A stretch of 63,747 bases of DNA from Pseudogracilibacillus sp. (GCA_051918525.1 JBPPZI010000002.1:18205-81951), one strand, 5' to 3'; counted from the stretch's first letter, positions 39,378 through 50,853 are shown. The notes: generated by a model from the letters alone, not told the origin. Made by a program: numbers and translations.

Positions 39378-39692
39378 TTAACTGAAAAATAAAAGAATTT
39401 GTTCCCCGGCAATAAAATAGATAATACCGATAATAATAACTAAAATTACTAATACAGTTAGCAACCTTGTAAAAGGAGAACCTAAATGAATATATAACTT
39501 TCGTTTCGGTGTTTTATGTACCTCACTCCTTGGCGGGAGATTTAATACGTCGACTTCGACAAAATCATCTGCCTTGTCTTTCGTTTCATTAGCTTTATTT
39601 TCTTCCGATTGATTTACCACGTCAGCAAATAATTGAGATAGTTTTTCCGCCTGATTTTCCTCATGGTCAAGTTTCAAAAGAAAGCACCTCAC
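39378..39692 (-). CDS. Short YpbE-like membrane protein
   Basis: DVLNLPPRSEVH motif followed by one TM helix; synteny after ypbD. Confidence 0.6.
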   Translation of the reverse strand: MRCFLLKLDHEENQAEKLSQLFADVVNQSEENKANETKDKADDFVEVDVLNLPPRSEVHKTPKRKLYIHLGSPFTRLLTVLVILVIIIGIIYFIAGEQILLFFS

Positions 39693-40255
39693 TTTTTATA
39701 TTTCATAAAGATTCCAAGTAAAAAGTCGACAACAAAATGAAATGCAATAACTACATATAAGTTTTTCGTTATTTCAAAAACATACCCAAGATAAAAACTA
39801 ATTATAATAACTAAAACTAAAAGAACAGGTTTTTTCAGATAACGAAAATGAACGAGGACGAATAAAGTGCTCGCAAATATATAACCAAATGATGTTTGAA
39901 TGACTCCTCGAAACAGAAATTCTTCTGAAATCGCAACAACAATTGCAATAAGAAATATGTTTCCGATCGATTGATTTTTAAAAACTTTTTCATTGATGCC
40001 ACCGTCATCAAAGTAACGACTAGGTAAAAACGAATACAAAACGATCTCGATTACGACAATTAATATCGCCGAAAATATACCAAAAAGTAAAATTGCTTTC
40101 AAATCTACCGAAAAATAAAGGAACCAATCTGCAATATGATCAAATAAAAAATAACTTAAAAAAATACTTAGTAAAAAAAAGCAACCTTGTGTTAATAATA
40201 ATTGATTCTTAACTTCTTCAGCGGACATGTTTTTTATAATTTCTGATTGTTTCAT
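39689..40255 (-). CDS. ypbD: CPBP (CAAX/Abi) intramembrane protease YpbD
   Basis: DDGGINE, EEFLFRG, F.LVH.RY, H...D. Confidence 0.88.
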   Translation of the reverse strand: MKQSEIIKNMSAEEVKNQLLLTQGCFFLLSIFLSYFLFDHIADWFLYFSVDLKAILLFGIFSAILIVVIEIVLYSFLPSRYFDDGGINEKVFKNQSIGNIFLIAIVVAISEEFLFRGVIQTSFGYIFASTLFVLVHFRYLKKPVLLVLVIIISFYLGYVFEITKNLYVVIAFHFVVDFLLGIFMKYKK

Positions 40256-40256
40256 A

Positions 40257-41807
40257 TCATTCCCCTATTAATAATAAATCTGCCAATTGATGTTGCCAAG
40301 ATGAAGTATTTATTTCTTCCTTTTTAATCGGATGAAGTGATTTTTCCCATTTTTCAAATGAAAAACCACAATTACTACAACATTGCGCATCTTTTTTAGG
40401 AACTTTATGTTGAAAACTCTTATATAATTCGTTTCGGAGACAATCTTTCGAATTCACCCAATTAATCAGCTCATCCAAACGTTCATATTTTAAATTTCTT
40501 CTTATTGTACAAAACCGATTAATCTTTTGAAATATTTCCTGCCAATGTTTTTTATCAAACTGAATTATATTCCCTTTCATCATACCATGTGATTCAAATT
40601 GATAGTGTAAAAATCTCCATTTCGTAATAGATAATTGAAATATTTCTTCTAGCTTATCATCACTAGTAGGTATGATCGCCTTCCCCTTTTGATACAATAA
40701 ATAAAGCTGATTCATTACAAAAGCTATTTCTTTCTCTGTGGGCAGTTCATTTTCAATGATTTGTAACGGAACATGGATATCCCCTTCCTTATATAACAGG
40801 ATACTAAGACTTTCTTTTCCATCTCTTCCAGCTCTCCCAATCTCTTGAATATAGGATTCGATTTGTGTCGGTAGATGATAGTGAATGACAAGCCGTATAT
40901 TTTTTTTATTAATTCCCATTCCAAATGCACTTGTACAACAAATGACATCTAATTGTTCATTCATAAATTGTTGTTGAATTTTTAGACGATCATTGTTTTC
41001 CATACCTCCATGGTAATAAGCAATTTTTTTATCAGGGATTCTTTGCGACAGTATCGACGCTATTTTTTCAGTTAATTTTCTGCTTGAAAAATAAACAATA
41101 GTAGGTTGTTGATAAGTTGAAATAAGTGAACTTAAATAGTTTAGCTTATCATCTTCGGATCCATTTACACGATAAAGCAACAAAGAAATATTTTCCCTGT
41201 CCATTGGATAAATATGACGTTTCATCGCTTGACGATCCAAGTTGATTATAATATCCTGTTGTACTTCTGGAGTTGCTGTACCTGTTAGTGCTAAAATAGG
41301 TGGGTTTCCGAGATCTTTTATTACATTGGTTAATCGTAAAAAGTCTGGTCTAAAATCGTAACCCCATTGAGAAATACAATGAGCCTCATCAATTACAACT
41401 AAACTCACTTCAATTTTTTGTAACGTTCGAATAAACTCTTCCTGTTGCAGAAGCTCTGGTGAAACATAAATAAGTTTATAATGGGATAATCGGGATAAAA
41501 TCTTTCTACGTTCTTCTTTATTTTGAAAACTGTGTATCGCTACAACTTCTTTATAGTAATAAGATTTAACTTGCCTTACTTGATCAATCATTAAAGAAAT
41601 AAGCGGTGAGACCACAATAGTTACCCCTGGAAGCATGATTGCAGGTAACTGATAACAGAGTGATTTCCCAGAACCTGTTCTTAAAATCCCTAAAACATCA
41701 TTTCCTTTTAAAATATCCGTAATAATTTCCTTTTGACCTTCTTGAAAATTGTCATGCTTAAAAATTTTTCGCAAATAAGTATGTAAATCTTTATCGTATT
41801 GACTCAT
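40257..41807 (-). CDS. recS: RecQ-family DNA helicase (RecS-like)
   Basis: TGSGKSLCYQLP, DEAHCISQWG, QEIGRAGRDG. Confidence 0.9.
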   Translation of the reverse strand: MSQYDKDLHTYLRKIFKHDNFQEGQKEIITDILKGNDVLGILRTGSGKSLCYQLPAIMLPGVTIVVSPLISLMIDQVRQVKSYYYKEVVAIHSFQNKEERRKILSRLSHYKLIYVSPELLQQEEFIRTLQKIEVSLVVIDEAHCISQWGYDFRPDFLRLTNVIKDLGNPPILALTGTATPEVQQDIIINLDRQAMKRHIYPMDRENISLLLYRVNGSEDDKLNYLSSLISTYQQPTIVYFSSRKLTEKIASILSQRIPDKKIAYYHGGMENNDRLKIQQQFMNEQLDVICCTSAFGMGINKKNIRLVIHYHLPTQIESYIQEIGRAGRDGKESLSILLYKEGDIHVPLQIIENELPTEKEIAFVMNQLYLLYQKGKAIIPTSDDKLEEIFQLSITKWRFLHYQFESHGMMKGNIIQFDKKHWQEIFQKINRFCTIRRNLKYERLDELINWVNSKDCLRNELYKSFQHKVPKKDAQCCSNCGFSFEKWEKSLHPIKKEEINTSSWQHQLADLLLIGE

Positions 41808-42864
41808 CGATTACACTTCCACTATTAAAATTATTTATTTGTGTTAAGACAAGACGAATTTGAAAATAACTAATATTTTCATTCACAGCTTCTTTTATGT
41901 CTTTTAATTTATAGGAATTTATACGTCTAATTGCTTGAATAATTTCTTGTTGATCGACCTTAGAAATATATGGAATTAACGAAAAATTTTGATCGTATAA
42001 CGCAATTTCAACAACATGATCATAAATAGTGTTTATTTTCAAATGACGGATTTGAGCAATTTCTTCTATTGTATATTGTTGCTCCAACAATTTGCGAGTT
42101 CTATCTGCTGATTGCGTTAGGAGTATTTGTGAAAATAAATCTTTGCCGATTGAATAAAGATATGGATATTTCTGTTGTTGCTTTATAATTGTCGCTAACA
42201 TCAAATGAATAACATTTGTAGTGATAAGGTGAATATCTTCTTCATTCATTTGTAGTTTCTTAGCGGTTTGATTTGCCGTAAGACCAACGATATGATAACT
42301 AGTAATTTGATCCAAAAATACAGATGGTTGGTTAAACGGAAGTTGTTTCAATATAGACGTAAGCTCATCATGTAATCTTTTTAAATAGTTATCAATATCT
42401 TCTTTAACATGTTGATAATACATTTTTACCCAATTTTCGATATCTATATTTTCGATAATAGGTATGTAAGTAAAATTTCGCTTTTTGCTATTTGTTAATA
42501 CTTGAATTAATAATAACAGCCTGCAAAAGAAAGTTTGATCAAATTGTCGAAAACGAAAACCGGACAAATATTCCAAGTTATTTACGGATCCTGCAAATCT
42601 TTTTTTCCCTTTGTCTGTTATGTAATAAAAGTTAGTATTTGTTGAGGGTTGAAGTAGCTTTTGTTCCACAAGTTTGTTTACAAACACAAAAAAACGACGT
42701 TTAGTAAGATTCTTATAAACACCATAATATTCAGTTAGCCCAAATAACTGAGCATCTTGAATCGTTTGAATAGATTGTTTTCCTTGCAGTAAATAATATA
42801 CTGCTGAAATTGAACGCTCTTTTTGCATTTTATTTTGACAAGTTAATAATACATGTTGAAACAA
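41791..42864 (-). CDS. ypbB: YpbB helix-turn-helix protein
   Basis: ER...YLL.GK.S.QTIQD, R.LK.NTI.DH; overlaps recS start. Confidence 0.88.
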   Translation of the reverse strand: MFQHVLLTCQNKMQKERSISAVYYLLQGKQSIQTIQDAQLFGLTEYYGVYKNLTKRRFFVFVNKLVEQKLLQPSTNTNFYYITDKGKKRFAGSVNNLEYLSGFRFRQFDQTFFCRLLLLIQVLTNSKKRNFTYIPIIENIDIENWVKMYYQHVKEDIDNYLKRLHDELTSILKQLPFNQPSVFLDQITSYHIVGLTANQTAKKLQMNEEDIHLITTNVIHLMLATIIKQQQKYPYLYSIGKDLFSQILLTQSADRTRKLLEQQYTIEEIAQIRHLKINTIYDHVVEIALYDQNFSLIPYISKVDQQEIIQAIRRINSYKLKDIKEAVNENISYFQIRLVLTQINNFNSGSVIDESIR

Positions 42865-43011
42865 TAACTAAGCACCCCTTTTCTAATTCAATTCTACTAT
42901 AAGAATGGCGAATCCGAAATAAATAACTTCTTTATAATAAAAAAATCCCAAATAAGGACTTTATAAGCAAAATCCATTATTCGGGTTTATCATTTTTTTA
43001 TTTATTATTCA

Positions 43012-43527
43012 TTAAAGTTGTTGTTGAATACAAAAGCGATCATTTGCATATTTTCTCAAAAGATGAGTTATTATCGGATATAATAAGATAATAAAAACTG
43101 CATTTCCAATTGCATGATACGTATCAAACGGTAATCCTAAAATATAATATGGCCAAAACTTCCCTGTTACCTGGTAAGTCGTTAGTGAAATAATAAATCC
43201 ATAGAAGTAGCCACTAATTATTCCAATAAATACGATAACGACGGTATGTATTTTTTTAAATACCTTTCCAAGTAATCCGCAAATAATACCAATTAATCCC
43301 CAAGTGACAATTTGCCATACTGTCCAGATTCCCATTCCTAACAGCATATTCGAAAGGAACGTTACAATTAACGACAATAATAGAGCCGAAACAGGACCAA
43401 GTAATATTCCACAGATAATAATTAGTGCTGTGACTGGTTGAACATTTGGTATAAATGCTAGAGCAGCACGACCCACTATGCCAAGTGCAGCAAAAATAGC
43501 TAACAAGGTTAATTTATACGTATTCAA
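43012..43527 (-). CDS. ECF transporter S component, probably cobalamin/corrinoid (CbrT-like)
   Basis: IPNVQPVT, G.G.W...Q...W, GLPFD..HAIGN; downstream of a B12 riboswitch. Confidence 0.8.
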   Translation of the reverse strand: MNTYKLTLLAIFAALGIVGRAALAFIPNVQPVTALIIICGILLGPVSALLLSLIVTFLSNMLLGMGIWTVWQIVTWGLIGIICGLLGKVFKKIHTVVIVFIGIISGYFYGFIISLTTYQVTGKFWPYYILGLPFDTYHAIGNAVFIILLYPIITHLLRKYANDRFCIQQQL

Positions 43528-43531
43528 ACTA

Positions 43532-43963
43532 TTATTCCCATGCTTGTAAATCGAAAACGATTTTGTCCCCAGCTTCTAATTCATATTCTGCTGCACCAAC
43601 CATTGCCATTTCATCATTCACAAAATACATCCATGCTTTCTCTTCTCCTTCTTCTGGAGCAACCCCGTCAATGGAAGTAATAAATCCATTATCTTCTTCA
43701 ATATCATAATTTTCTTTCATAACATCCATTAAGATATCATTTTCTTCAATTGCTATTTCTTTTTCTGACAGTACTTCTTCCCCTTCATCTTTCGAAATCG
43801 TTACTGTAATAACTTCCTCTTGTACTTCTGTTGTTTCCGATGTCCCTGGTGTTTCTTCTTTTGCTTCGTCTTGGGTAGGTGTTGCTGTATCATTAGAACA
43901 TCCAACAACCAATACCAGTGCTGAGAAAATAGTAAATAAAGATAACATCCATTTTTTCATCAT
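43532..43963 (-). CDS. DUF4430 lipoprotein (transcobalamin C-terminal-like domain)
   Basis: Lipobox VVGC, GFITSIDG, W.Y.VN....GA..Y.L..GD. Confidence 0.85.
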   Translation of the reverse strand: MMKKWMLSLFTIFSALVLVVGCSNDTATPTQDEAKEETPGTSETTEVQEEVITVTISKDEGEEVLSEKEIAIEENDILMDVMKENYDIEEDNGFITSIDGVAPEEGEEKAWMYFVNDEMAMVGAAEYELEAGDKIVFDLQAWE

Positions 43964-44011
43964 TTCATTCTCCTTATCATAAAAGCATTGTAAATTTTGT
44001 TATCTACTTTG

Positions 44012-44437
44012 TAGTAGAAGGAAACTGTTGAGTAGTGAAAATTTGTAAACCTAGTTGGTAAACCGTTGATTTCCGCCTCCGGGCAGTACACTTTCCGCGG
44101 GCACGGCTTCAGCCCTCCTCGCGGAAGAACACCGCTGCGGGGTCTTCAGACACGTGCTTTTCCCGCAGGAGTCGACTGCCCTCCGGCTCCAATCAACTAT
44201 TGTGATACTAGTAACAAATTGTGCAGAGTTGCTTACCAAACACACTTAGCGGAGGAAATACACGGAGACTCCTACGGGAGGACAGGCCTAGGTGAGACAA
44301 CGCAGTGCGTAGCACAAGGAAGGCTCAACAGCCGCCCGTGGAAAGCGGAGTGTATTTCCGTAGCGGTATTTTACGTCGTAACATTGTTTGGATATTTACA
44401 GAACCAAATTACTCTGAATTACTGCACAGTTTACGGA
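44012..44437. repeat. Repeat family A, copy A4 (reverse orientation), inside the B12-operon leader
   Basis: Reverse complements of modules 2 and 1 between ggaaactgttgagtagtgaaaattt and tactgcacagtttacgga. Confidence 0.92.
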
Positions 44438-44475
44438 ATTTGTGACAAGAGCTATTGTTTGAAAATAGCTTCTGA

Positions 44476-44510
44476 AAAATAAAAAATGCAAACACCAAGA
44501 GGGTTTGCAT
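44476..44510 (-). terminator. Riboswitch expression-platform terminator
   Basis: atgcaaac/gtttgcat stem followed by T-tract on minus strand. Confidence 0.7.
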
Positions 44511-44559
44511 GTAAATAATGAATATAGATTGATGCCTTACCCCCGAAGCGTCAATAAAA

Positions 44560-44742
44560 TTTGAAGAGTTTGGCAGGTCTACTGACTTGTAATTCATCCT
44601 ACTTTAGGCACCTTCCCGTACAAGTACAGTGGTTTTACGCCTAGTTCGTCATTACTTACAGTTGCGAGGACAGTTCTAGATTTTCACTAGATTCCCATTT
44701 AAGTATACAAATATGTATACACACCAAAGTCTCCTATTCAAT
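44560..44742 (-). ncRNA. Cobalamin (AdoCbl) riboswitch
   Basis: Minus strand aatgggaatctagtgaaaatctagaactgtcctcgcaactgtaa ... ccactg ... gggaagg ... B12-box aagtcagtagacctgcc. Confidence 0.92.
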
Positions 44743-44752
44743 TTTATCATTA

Positions 44753-46513
44753 TTACTGTGGAATTTTAAAACTAAATGTTGTTCCTTCATTCACCTTACT
44801 TTTAACTGAAATGATTCCTTTATGTGCAGATACAATATGTTTGGCAATCGCAAGTCCTAGTCCAGTACCTTTTTTCTTGTCATTACGTGTTCTTGATTTA
44901 TCTGCTTTATAAAACCTTTCAAATATAAATGAAAGATCTTCTTCAGGAATTCCAGAACCATTATCTTCAACTTCAACATAAAAATGTTGATCTTGAGAAC
45001 GTACGAGAATATGTACATATCCTCCCGACTTCGTATGGCCAAGTGCGTTGTCAATTAGGTTGGTACAAACTTGCTCAATTCGATCTTGGTCAATTGTAAT
45101 CATATTCTTTTCGATCTCTTTTGTCAAACATAATTCTATATTATATTCTTCCGCCATACCAATAAACTTTTTGTAGATTCGACTAGTAAACTGTTCAGCG
45201 TCGATGGTTTCTAAATTTAATTCCATATGTCCCGCTTCCATTCGACCAATATCTAACAACTCATTTACGAGCCGTCCCATCCGAAGAGATTCTTCATGAA
45301 TTATTTTAGCTAACTCATTTTTTTCTTCCGTTGACTCAGCAATATCATCAACGATTGCCTCACTATACCCTTGCAATAGTGCAATTGGTGTGCGAAGTTC
45401 GTGAGAAACATTCGAAATAAAATCTTTTCTCAATTTATCAATTTGACGTTCTTCTGTCATATCCCTTATTACTGCCACTGCACCACGAATATACGATTTA
45501 TCATAGAGAGGAGTCATGATCATCACCCAATCTCGCCCTTGGAGATTCAACTCCTGTAAAACTTCTTTTTCTTCTTTAATTACCTTTTGTAAAATTGATT
45601 TAACCTCGTGTGGAAGCTGATTTTCAGATTCATCCGTCGTTAAAACATTATTTTCAAAATTCCAATCCTCGATAAATTTTTGGGCAGGTGGATTAATAAC
45701 AATAATTCTTCCTTCCCTCGTTAATGTGATCACTCCATCAGCCATAGAATTTACAATACTTGAAAGTTGCTCTTTCTCATGCCTTAAAGCGTCAATATGA
45801 AAGTTCAACTGTTTTCCCATTCGGTTGAAAGCAATCGCCAACTCACCTATCTCATCATGAGTTACAACAGGGACTTTCGTATTAAACTGACCTTTAGCCA
45901 AATCAATAGCGGCTTCTCTCATTCGAATGAGCGGAGCGGTAATTCTTGTTGAAAGGAAAAATGCAAAAATTGTCGTCAATACAATTGCAATTGCAGCAGC
46001 GACAAAAATAATTTTAGTCGTTTCCGCTTTTGTTTGATTAATTACGTCCAATGATTGAAAAACAAATATAGTTCCGCCCTTTTTTTCGATCGGTATACCG
46101 ATGACCATAATTTCAGCTTCATCTTCTAAAATAGTCATTTTTTCGTTATATGCCCGATGTTCCTCTACTACTTGCTTTAAATCAGGATTATTTTCAGGGG
46201 AAATCGCATCCAAATTTAACAAATGTTCGTTCGTCGTATTTGACGCCCAGATTTCTCCATCTTCAAAATAAATTATAACTCTACTAGTTGGATCCTTTAC
46301 ACTTTCCACCATTTCTCGGATCAAAGACTTTTCGTCATGTTCTTCTACTACCATCGAAATTTTTGATGCTGATTGAACTAGTGCTTTTTCCGCTTCCTGT
46401 ACGTGAAATCCTTCAAAAAATTCTAACAATAAAATGGTGAGGATAAATAATACAAAAGAAACTAGCAATAAAATAGTTATTGCTAGTTTACCTACTACAC
46501 TACGCCAAAACAT
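44753..46513 (-). CDS. resE: Sensor histidine kinase ResE
   Basis: WRSVVGKL N-terminus, HAMP, PAS, SHELRTP, GTGLGL. Confidence 0.95.
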   Translation of the reverse strand: MFWRSVVGKLAITILLLVSFVLFILTILLLEFFEGFHVQEAEKALVQSASKISMVVEEHDEKSLIREMVESVKDPTSRVIIYFEDGEIWASNTTNEHLLNLDAISPENNPDLKQVVEEHRAYNEKMTILEDEAEIMVIGIPIEKKGGTIFVFQSLDVINQTKAETTKIIFVAAAIAIVLTTIFAFFLSTRITAPLIRMREAAIDLAKGQFNTKVPVVTHDEIGELAIAFNRMGKQLNFHIDALRHEKEQLSSIVNSMADGVITLTREGRIIVINPPAQKFIEDWNFENNVLTTDESENQLPHEVKSILQKVIKEEKEVLQELNLQGRDWVMIMTPLYDKSYIRGAVAVIRDMTEERQIDKLRKDFISNVSHELRTPIALLQGYSEAIVDDIAESTEEKNELAKIIHEESLRMGRLVNELLDIGRMEAGHMELNLETIDAEQFTSRIYKKFIGMAEEYNIELCLTKEIEKNMITIDQDRIEQVCTNLIDNALGHTKSGGYVHILVRSQDQHFYVEVEDNGSGIPEEDLSFIFERFYKADKSRTRNDKKKGTGLGLAIAKHIVSAHKGIISVKSKVNEGTTFSFKIPQ

Positions 46514-47229
46514 TATTTATTCTCAACCTCTAATTTATAGCCGATACCCCATACTGTAACAATCATTTTGGCGGCTTCTTTCGAAACATTGGTTAGTTTC
46601 TCACGCAATCGCTTTACATGTGTATCGACAGTTCTTAAATCGCCAAAAAATTCATATTGCCAGACTTCTTTTAAAAGATCTTCACGTTTGTATACTTTAT
46701 CAGGTGATTGCGCCAAGAAAACGAGTAACTCGTACTCTTTTGGTGTAAGCTGTATTTCCTGATCATTGGAAGTCACTCTGTATGCATCAAGATCAATAGT
46801 TAAATGTGGAAAAACGATTAAATTATTAGAAGAACTAGATCCATCTTGAAGGTTTGAACTACTCGTCCTACGTAAAACTGCTTTCACGCGTAATACTACT
46901 TCTCTTGGACTAAATGGTTTAACAATATAATCATCTGCACCCACTTCAAACCCTTGTACACGATTTGATTCTTCTCCTTTTGCAGTTAACATAATTACAG
47001 GAGTCATCTTTTCTTTTCTTAATTCTTTACAAACTTCAATACCATCCATTTCAGGCATCATTATATCTAAAAGGATGACATCATAATTATTTTCAAGTGC
47101 TAGATCTAACGCTTCTTTACCATTTTCAGCTTCTTCAACAATAAAATTATCTCGTTCTAAATACATGCGAATTAATCTTCTAATTCTTTCTTCATCATCA
47201 ACTACTAACACTGTTTTGTTATCATCCAT
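46513..47229 (-). CDS. resD: Response regulator ResD
   Basis: OmpR-type receiver, FFGDLRTVDTHVKRLREK. Confidence 0.95.
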   Translation of the reverse strand: MDDNKTVLVVDDEERIRRLIRMYLERDNFIVEEAENGKEALDLALENNYDVILLDIMMPEMDGIEVCKELRKEKMTPVIMLTAKGEESNRVQGFEVGADDYIVKPFSPREVVLRVKAVLRRTSSSNLQDGSSSSNNLIVFPHLTIDLDAYRVTSNDQEIQLTPKEYELLVFLAQSPDKVYKREDLLKEVWQYEFFGDLRTVDTHVKRLREKLTNVSKEAAKMIVTVWGIGYKLEVENK

Positions 47230-47314
47230 TAAGAAGAAACCTCCTCTATTACCCATCTACCTCTAGTATAAACGAATATAGCTTAAATGTATAAATTTTA
47301 GTCACTCTTTCAAG

Positions 47315-48550
47315 CTATGCATAAGAATGCAATCCTGCAAGCACTAAGTTAACTACAATAATATTGAACATAATAATGGCGAATCCTATGACCGCAAGCC
47401 AAGCAGATTTCTCTCCGTGCCATCCACGCGACAGGCGTAAATGCAAGAAAGCGGCATAAAAGAACCATGTAATTAACGCCCATACTTCTTTAGGATCCCA
47501 TCCCCAAAATCTATCCCAAGCAATTTGCGCCCATATTGCAGCGAAGATAAGCCCTCCTAACGTGAACAGCGGAAACCCGATCGCCACTGAGCGGTACATT
47601 ATTTCATCAACGAGGTTAGGTCTCACATTTTTCAAAAATGGTTGAACCCAAGCCCCAATTCTTTTTCGAATGACAAGACGAATTAAACCATAAATAATTG
47701 TACCGGCTAAAATAGACCAAATGACTGTATTTAATTTAGTTGCCGCGTCCTTTCCTTTCATCCATTCTGGAATATGGATAATAGGTTTCATCTTATCCTC
47801 TGTTAGCATAACACCGTGTTTAGGTCCTACGATTGCAGGTTTGTTATACACTGCAATTTCTTCAGGTTTTATATTGACACGAGTTTCATCCTTGAACTTT
47901 TCGTAATTCGGTTCCTCATACTCAATTTCAGCTTGATAGTCCAAAAAGTTAAAAGTTACTGATGAAACAACGAAACCATGCATTAAAATTAATGCAAACA
48001 ATATGAACTCTAGTCCAAATGTTTTCATACTAAAAACGGATTGATCAATAGTTTTAATTAAATAAATTAATCCCGCTACAAAGCTAACTGCTAAAACTCC
48101 CTGCGAAAGAGATACCGTAATAACATGAATAAACAACCAATGACTCTGTAAAGACGGTACTAATGGTGAGATTTCAGTTGGGAACATACTTGCATATGCA
48201 ATGATTAACATTGCTATTGGGAGTGCAAACAAACCCAAAACACTTAGCCTATAAATAAAATAAATGATAATAAATGCTAGAACTAAACTCATTCCTAAAA
48301 ATGTTACAAACTCAAACATATTACTAACAGGAGCGTGTCCTCCTGCCGCCCAACGTGTAAAAAAGTAAACAAGTTGGGCGATAAAACCAATTATCGTCAA
48401 TGTAATTGCGATCGTTCCAGCGATTCCTTTTTTTGACATATCCGCTGTTCTTTTATCTTTAATTGTTGCACCAAAGAACACAGTGGCAATTAAATAAACA
48501 ATAAAAGCAGTATAAAGTGCAGTACTGCTAATACTTGTTAAATCACTCAT
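47315..48550 (-). CDS. resC: Cytochrome c biogenesis protein ResC (CcsB)
   Basis: WWD motif [17 protein letters not shown]. Confidence 0.95.
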   Translation of the reverse strand: MSDLTSISSTALYTAFIVYLIATVFFGATIKDKRTADMSKKGIAGTIAITLTIIGFIAQLVYFFTRWAAGGHAPVSNMFEFVTFLGMSLVLAFIIIYFIYRLSVLGLFALPIAMLIIAYASMFPTEISPLVPSLQSHWLFIHVITVSLSQGVLAVSFVAGLIYLIKTIDQSVFSMKTFGLEFILFALILMHGFVVSSVTFNFLDYQAEIEYEEPNYEKFKDETRVNIKPEEIAVYNKPAIVGPKHGVMLTEDKMKPIIHIPEWMKGKDAATKLNTVIWSILAGTIIYGLIRLVIRKRIGAWVQPFLKNVRPNLVDEIMYRSVAIGFPLFTLGGLIFAAIWAQIAWDRFWGWDPKEVWALITWFFYAAFLHLRLSRGWHGEKSAWLAVIGFAIIMFNIIVVNLVLAGLHSYA

Positions 48551-48561
48551 AAATAAACCTC

Positions 48562-50205
48562 CTAGGCCTCTTTTTCTTCTTCTTGGTCAATGACCATTTG
48601 AATATTCGTTCCAGCAATTGCTTTTTCAATATCTTTTTTCAGACCGAACCAGTTTTTATTTGTATGTGCGGCAAGTAATATACCTTCATCTTGTGGATTA
48701 ATCCATATTCTACGATGTTGCCAGTACATTCCTTGGATTACCCCAATCATAAAAATAGCTGCTCCTAGAATAAAAAACGGTAATGTATAATCTTGACGAA
48801 CAGTGATCCCACTAGCATAGCGCATTTCAAAATCTACGATGCCTAATTTATATTTATTTTCGCCAGTAGCATCGATGTTTTTACCTATTCCTACGAAACT
48901 AATTTCTCCTTTATCTTCATCTGGAGGGATGACATTAAAAACAAATGCTGGATTTCTTGGAAACTTAGAAACTGAACGTGGCTCCCCATCTTCCAAAACA
49001 TAATCCGGATAGTATTGACTAACCTCGACCTTTATACCGTTTTCAAGTTCATAAGTCTGCTCAGGCGATGTTAAATCAACTGTTATTTCACCTAGAGAAT
49101 TCTGGTCTTCATCTGCTGTTTCATACAGTTTAAATTTCATTTTTGAAAATTCATTTTCCTGGAAACCAGACTGGTATAATGTATAACCATCTATTTTTAA
49201 TGGAGCGTTTAGTTGGATGGAGCTTTCTGTAACTTTCTCTAACTCCGGTTCTTTTCCAACAACAGTTTCACCAACCGTTTTATAGATTATTAAATCTGTT
49301 TGATAATTTTTATGTACTTGTTCCCCCATTCTTTCCATTGCATCTTTAAAACGTTCATCATCTTCCTCATATACTTCTAATAAAAAACGTTTATTTTCAA
49401 TGTAATATTCATTATTCGTTCCTGGAATGACTTTTTGTTCTCCTTCTCTTACCCAAACATATTCATCTAAATAAAAAAATGGAGTCATTCGTAGAATAGC
49501 TGCAATAAGAATGATAATCAATCCAATATGGTTAACATAAGGACCCCAACGAGAAAATCTATTTTTTTCAGCTAATATATTTCCATCCTTATTCACAATA
49601 TTATAACGTTGTTTTTTTAGACTGCTTACCAATGTTTCCTTCTCTTCTTCTGACACAACAGCTGTTTTACTGAAAAGTCGTTGTCTGCTTAAAAATGAAT
49701 TATGCCGTTTTGGTTGCTGTATTTTTAATGCTCGATACAACGGGACAAAGCGATCAATACTACAGATAACTAGTGATATTCCAATCAGAGCAATTAAAAT
49801 TATATACCACCAGGAACTGTATAATTCATGAAATCCAAGTTGATAATAAATTTTTCCGATAAGTCCATACCAATCTTCATAAAAAACAGCCGGATCACGG
49901 TTCTCAGCTTCAGGCGGAATAAACTGTTCTTGAGGAAAGATTGTTCCAAATCCCGAGGCTATTAGCGCTATAACGATGAGCATTACTCCCACTTTCACAG
50001 ATGAGAAAAAATTCCATATCTTATCGACAATTGTCCGATTATATGTTTGTGATCTTCTTGCTGTTCCATCATAGCGCATATTAAGAAGCTTCGTTTTATC
50101 ATTTCCATCTATATGTTGGTTTCCTTCAATCGGTTTACCACATGACTCACAAAGAATGGTGCCCTCAGGGTTCACGTGTCCGCATTCACACTTAAGCTTG
50201 TCCAT
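48562..50205 (-). CDS. resB: Cytochrome c biogenesis protein ResB
   Basis: [22 protein letters not shown]. Confidence 0.95.
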   Translation of the reverse strand: MDKLKCECGHVNPEGTILCESCGKPIEGNQHIDGNDKTKLLNMRYDGTARRSQTYNRTIVDKIWNFFSSVKVGVMLIVIALIASGFGTIFPQEQFIPPEAENRDPAVFYEDWYGLIGKIYYQLGFHELYSSWWYIILIALIGISLVICSIDRFVPLYRALKIQQPKRHNSFLSRQRLFSKTAVVSEEEKETLVSSLKKQRYNIVNKDGNILAEKNRFSRWGPYVNHIGLIIILIAAILRMTPFFYLDEYVWVREGEQKVIPGTNNEYYIENKRFLLEVYEEDDERFKDAMERMGEQVHKNYQTDLIIYKTVGETVVGKEPELEKVTESSIQLNAPLKIDGYTLYQSGFQENEFSKMKFKLYETADEDQNSLGEITVDLTSPEQTYELENGIKVEVSQYYPDYVLEDGEPRSVSKFPRNPAFVFNVIPPDEDKGEISFVGIGKNIDATGENKYKLGIVDFEMRYASGITVRQDYTLPFFILGAAIFMIGVIQGMYWQHRRIWINPQDEGILLAAHTNKNWFGLKKDIEKAIAGTNIQMVIDQEEEKEA

Positions 50206-50235
50206 CTAAATCCCTCACTATTAGAATATCAAATA

Positions 50236-50817
50236 CTATGGTTGTACTTCTTTAAAGTGCTCTTCTAACGTATCAAGTGTTAAGGCACCTGCAACCTTCT
50301 CTACAATTTCACCTTCTGGATTAATAAAAAACGTACTAGGTATAGGACCTACACTGTATAAATCCATTACTTCGCTTTTTGTATCGTGAACAACTGGAAA
50401 AGTTAAATCGTATTTATCGATAAATTGGTGTATTACTAGCTCACTTGCATCAAGGTTAACTGTAACAATTTCTACATCCTCTTTATATTTTGGATACAAT
50501 TCCTCCATATAAGGCATTTCAGCTTCACATGGTTTGCAATATGTTGCCCAAAAATTCAGCATTACACCTTTACCTTCTAAATCACTTAGGCGAATTTTTT
50601 CCAATTCATTATTCTTATTTATCTGAACTAACTCAAAATCAGGCGCTTTATCCCCGACTTGATAAACTTCCTTATCTTTATTTAGATTCGTTACTAATGC
50701 AAACACGACAGCCGCAAGTAATATGGCTAATATAATCGTTCTAAAAATAAAACGTTTTTTCATCTTGTTCTGTTTGTTTTTTCGTGCTTCATCTAGAACC
50801 ATGTTGATCACTCCCAA
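50236..50817 (-). CDS. resA: Thiol-disulfide oxidoreductase ResA
   Basis: NFWATYCKPC thioredoxin motif, N-terminal TM. Confidence 0.95.
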   Translation of the reverse strand: MGVINMVLDEARKNKQNKMKKRFIFRTIILAILLAAVVFALVTNLNKDKEVYQVGDKAPDFELVQINKNNELEKIRLSDLEGKGVMLNFWATYCKPCEAEMPYMEELYPKYKEDVEIVTVNLDASELVIHQFIDKYDLTFPVVHDTKSEVMDLYSVGPIPSTFFINPEGEIVEKVAGALTLDTLEEHFKEVQP

Positions 50818-50853
50818 AACACATTATAACATTTATTAGATTGTAATATTTGT

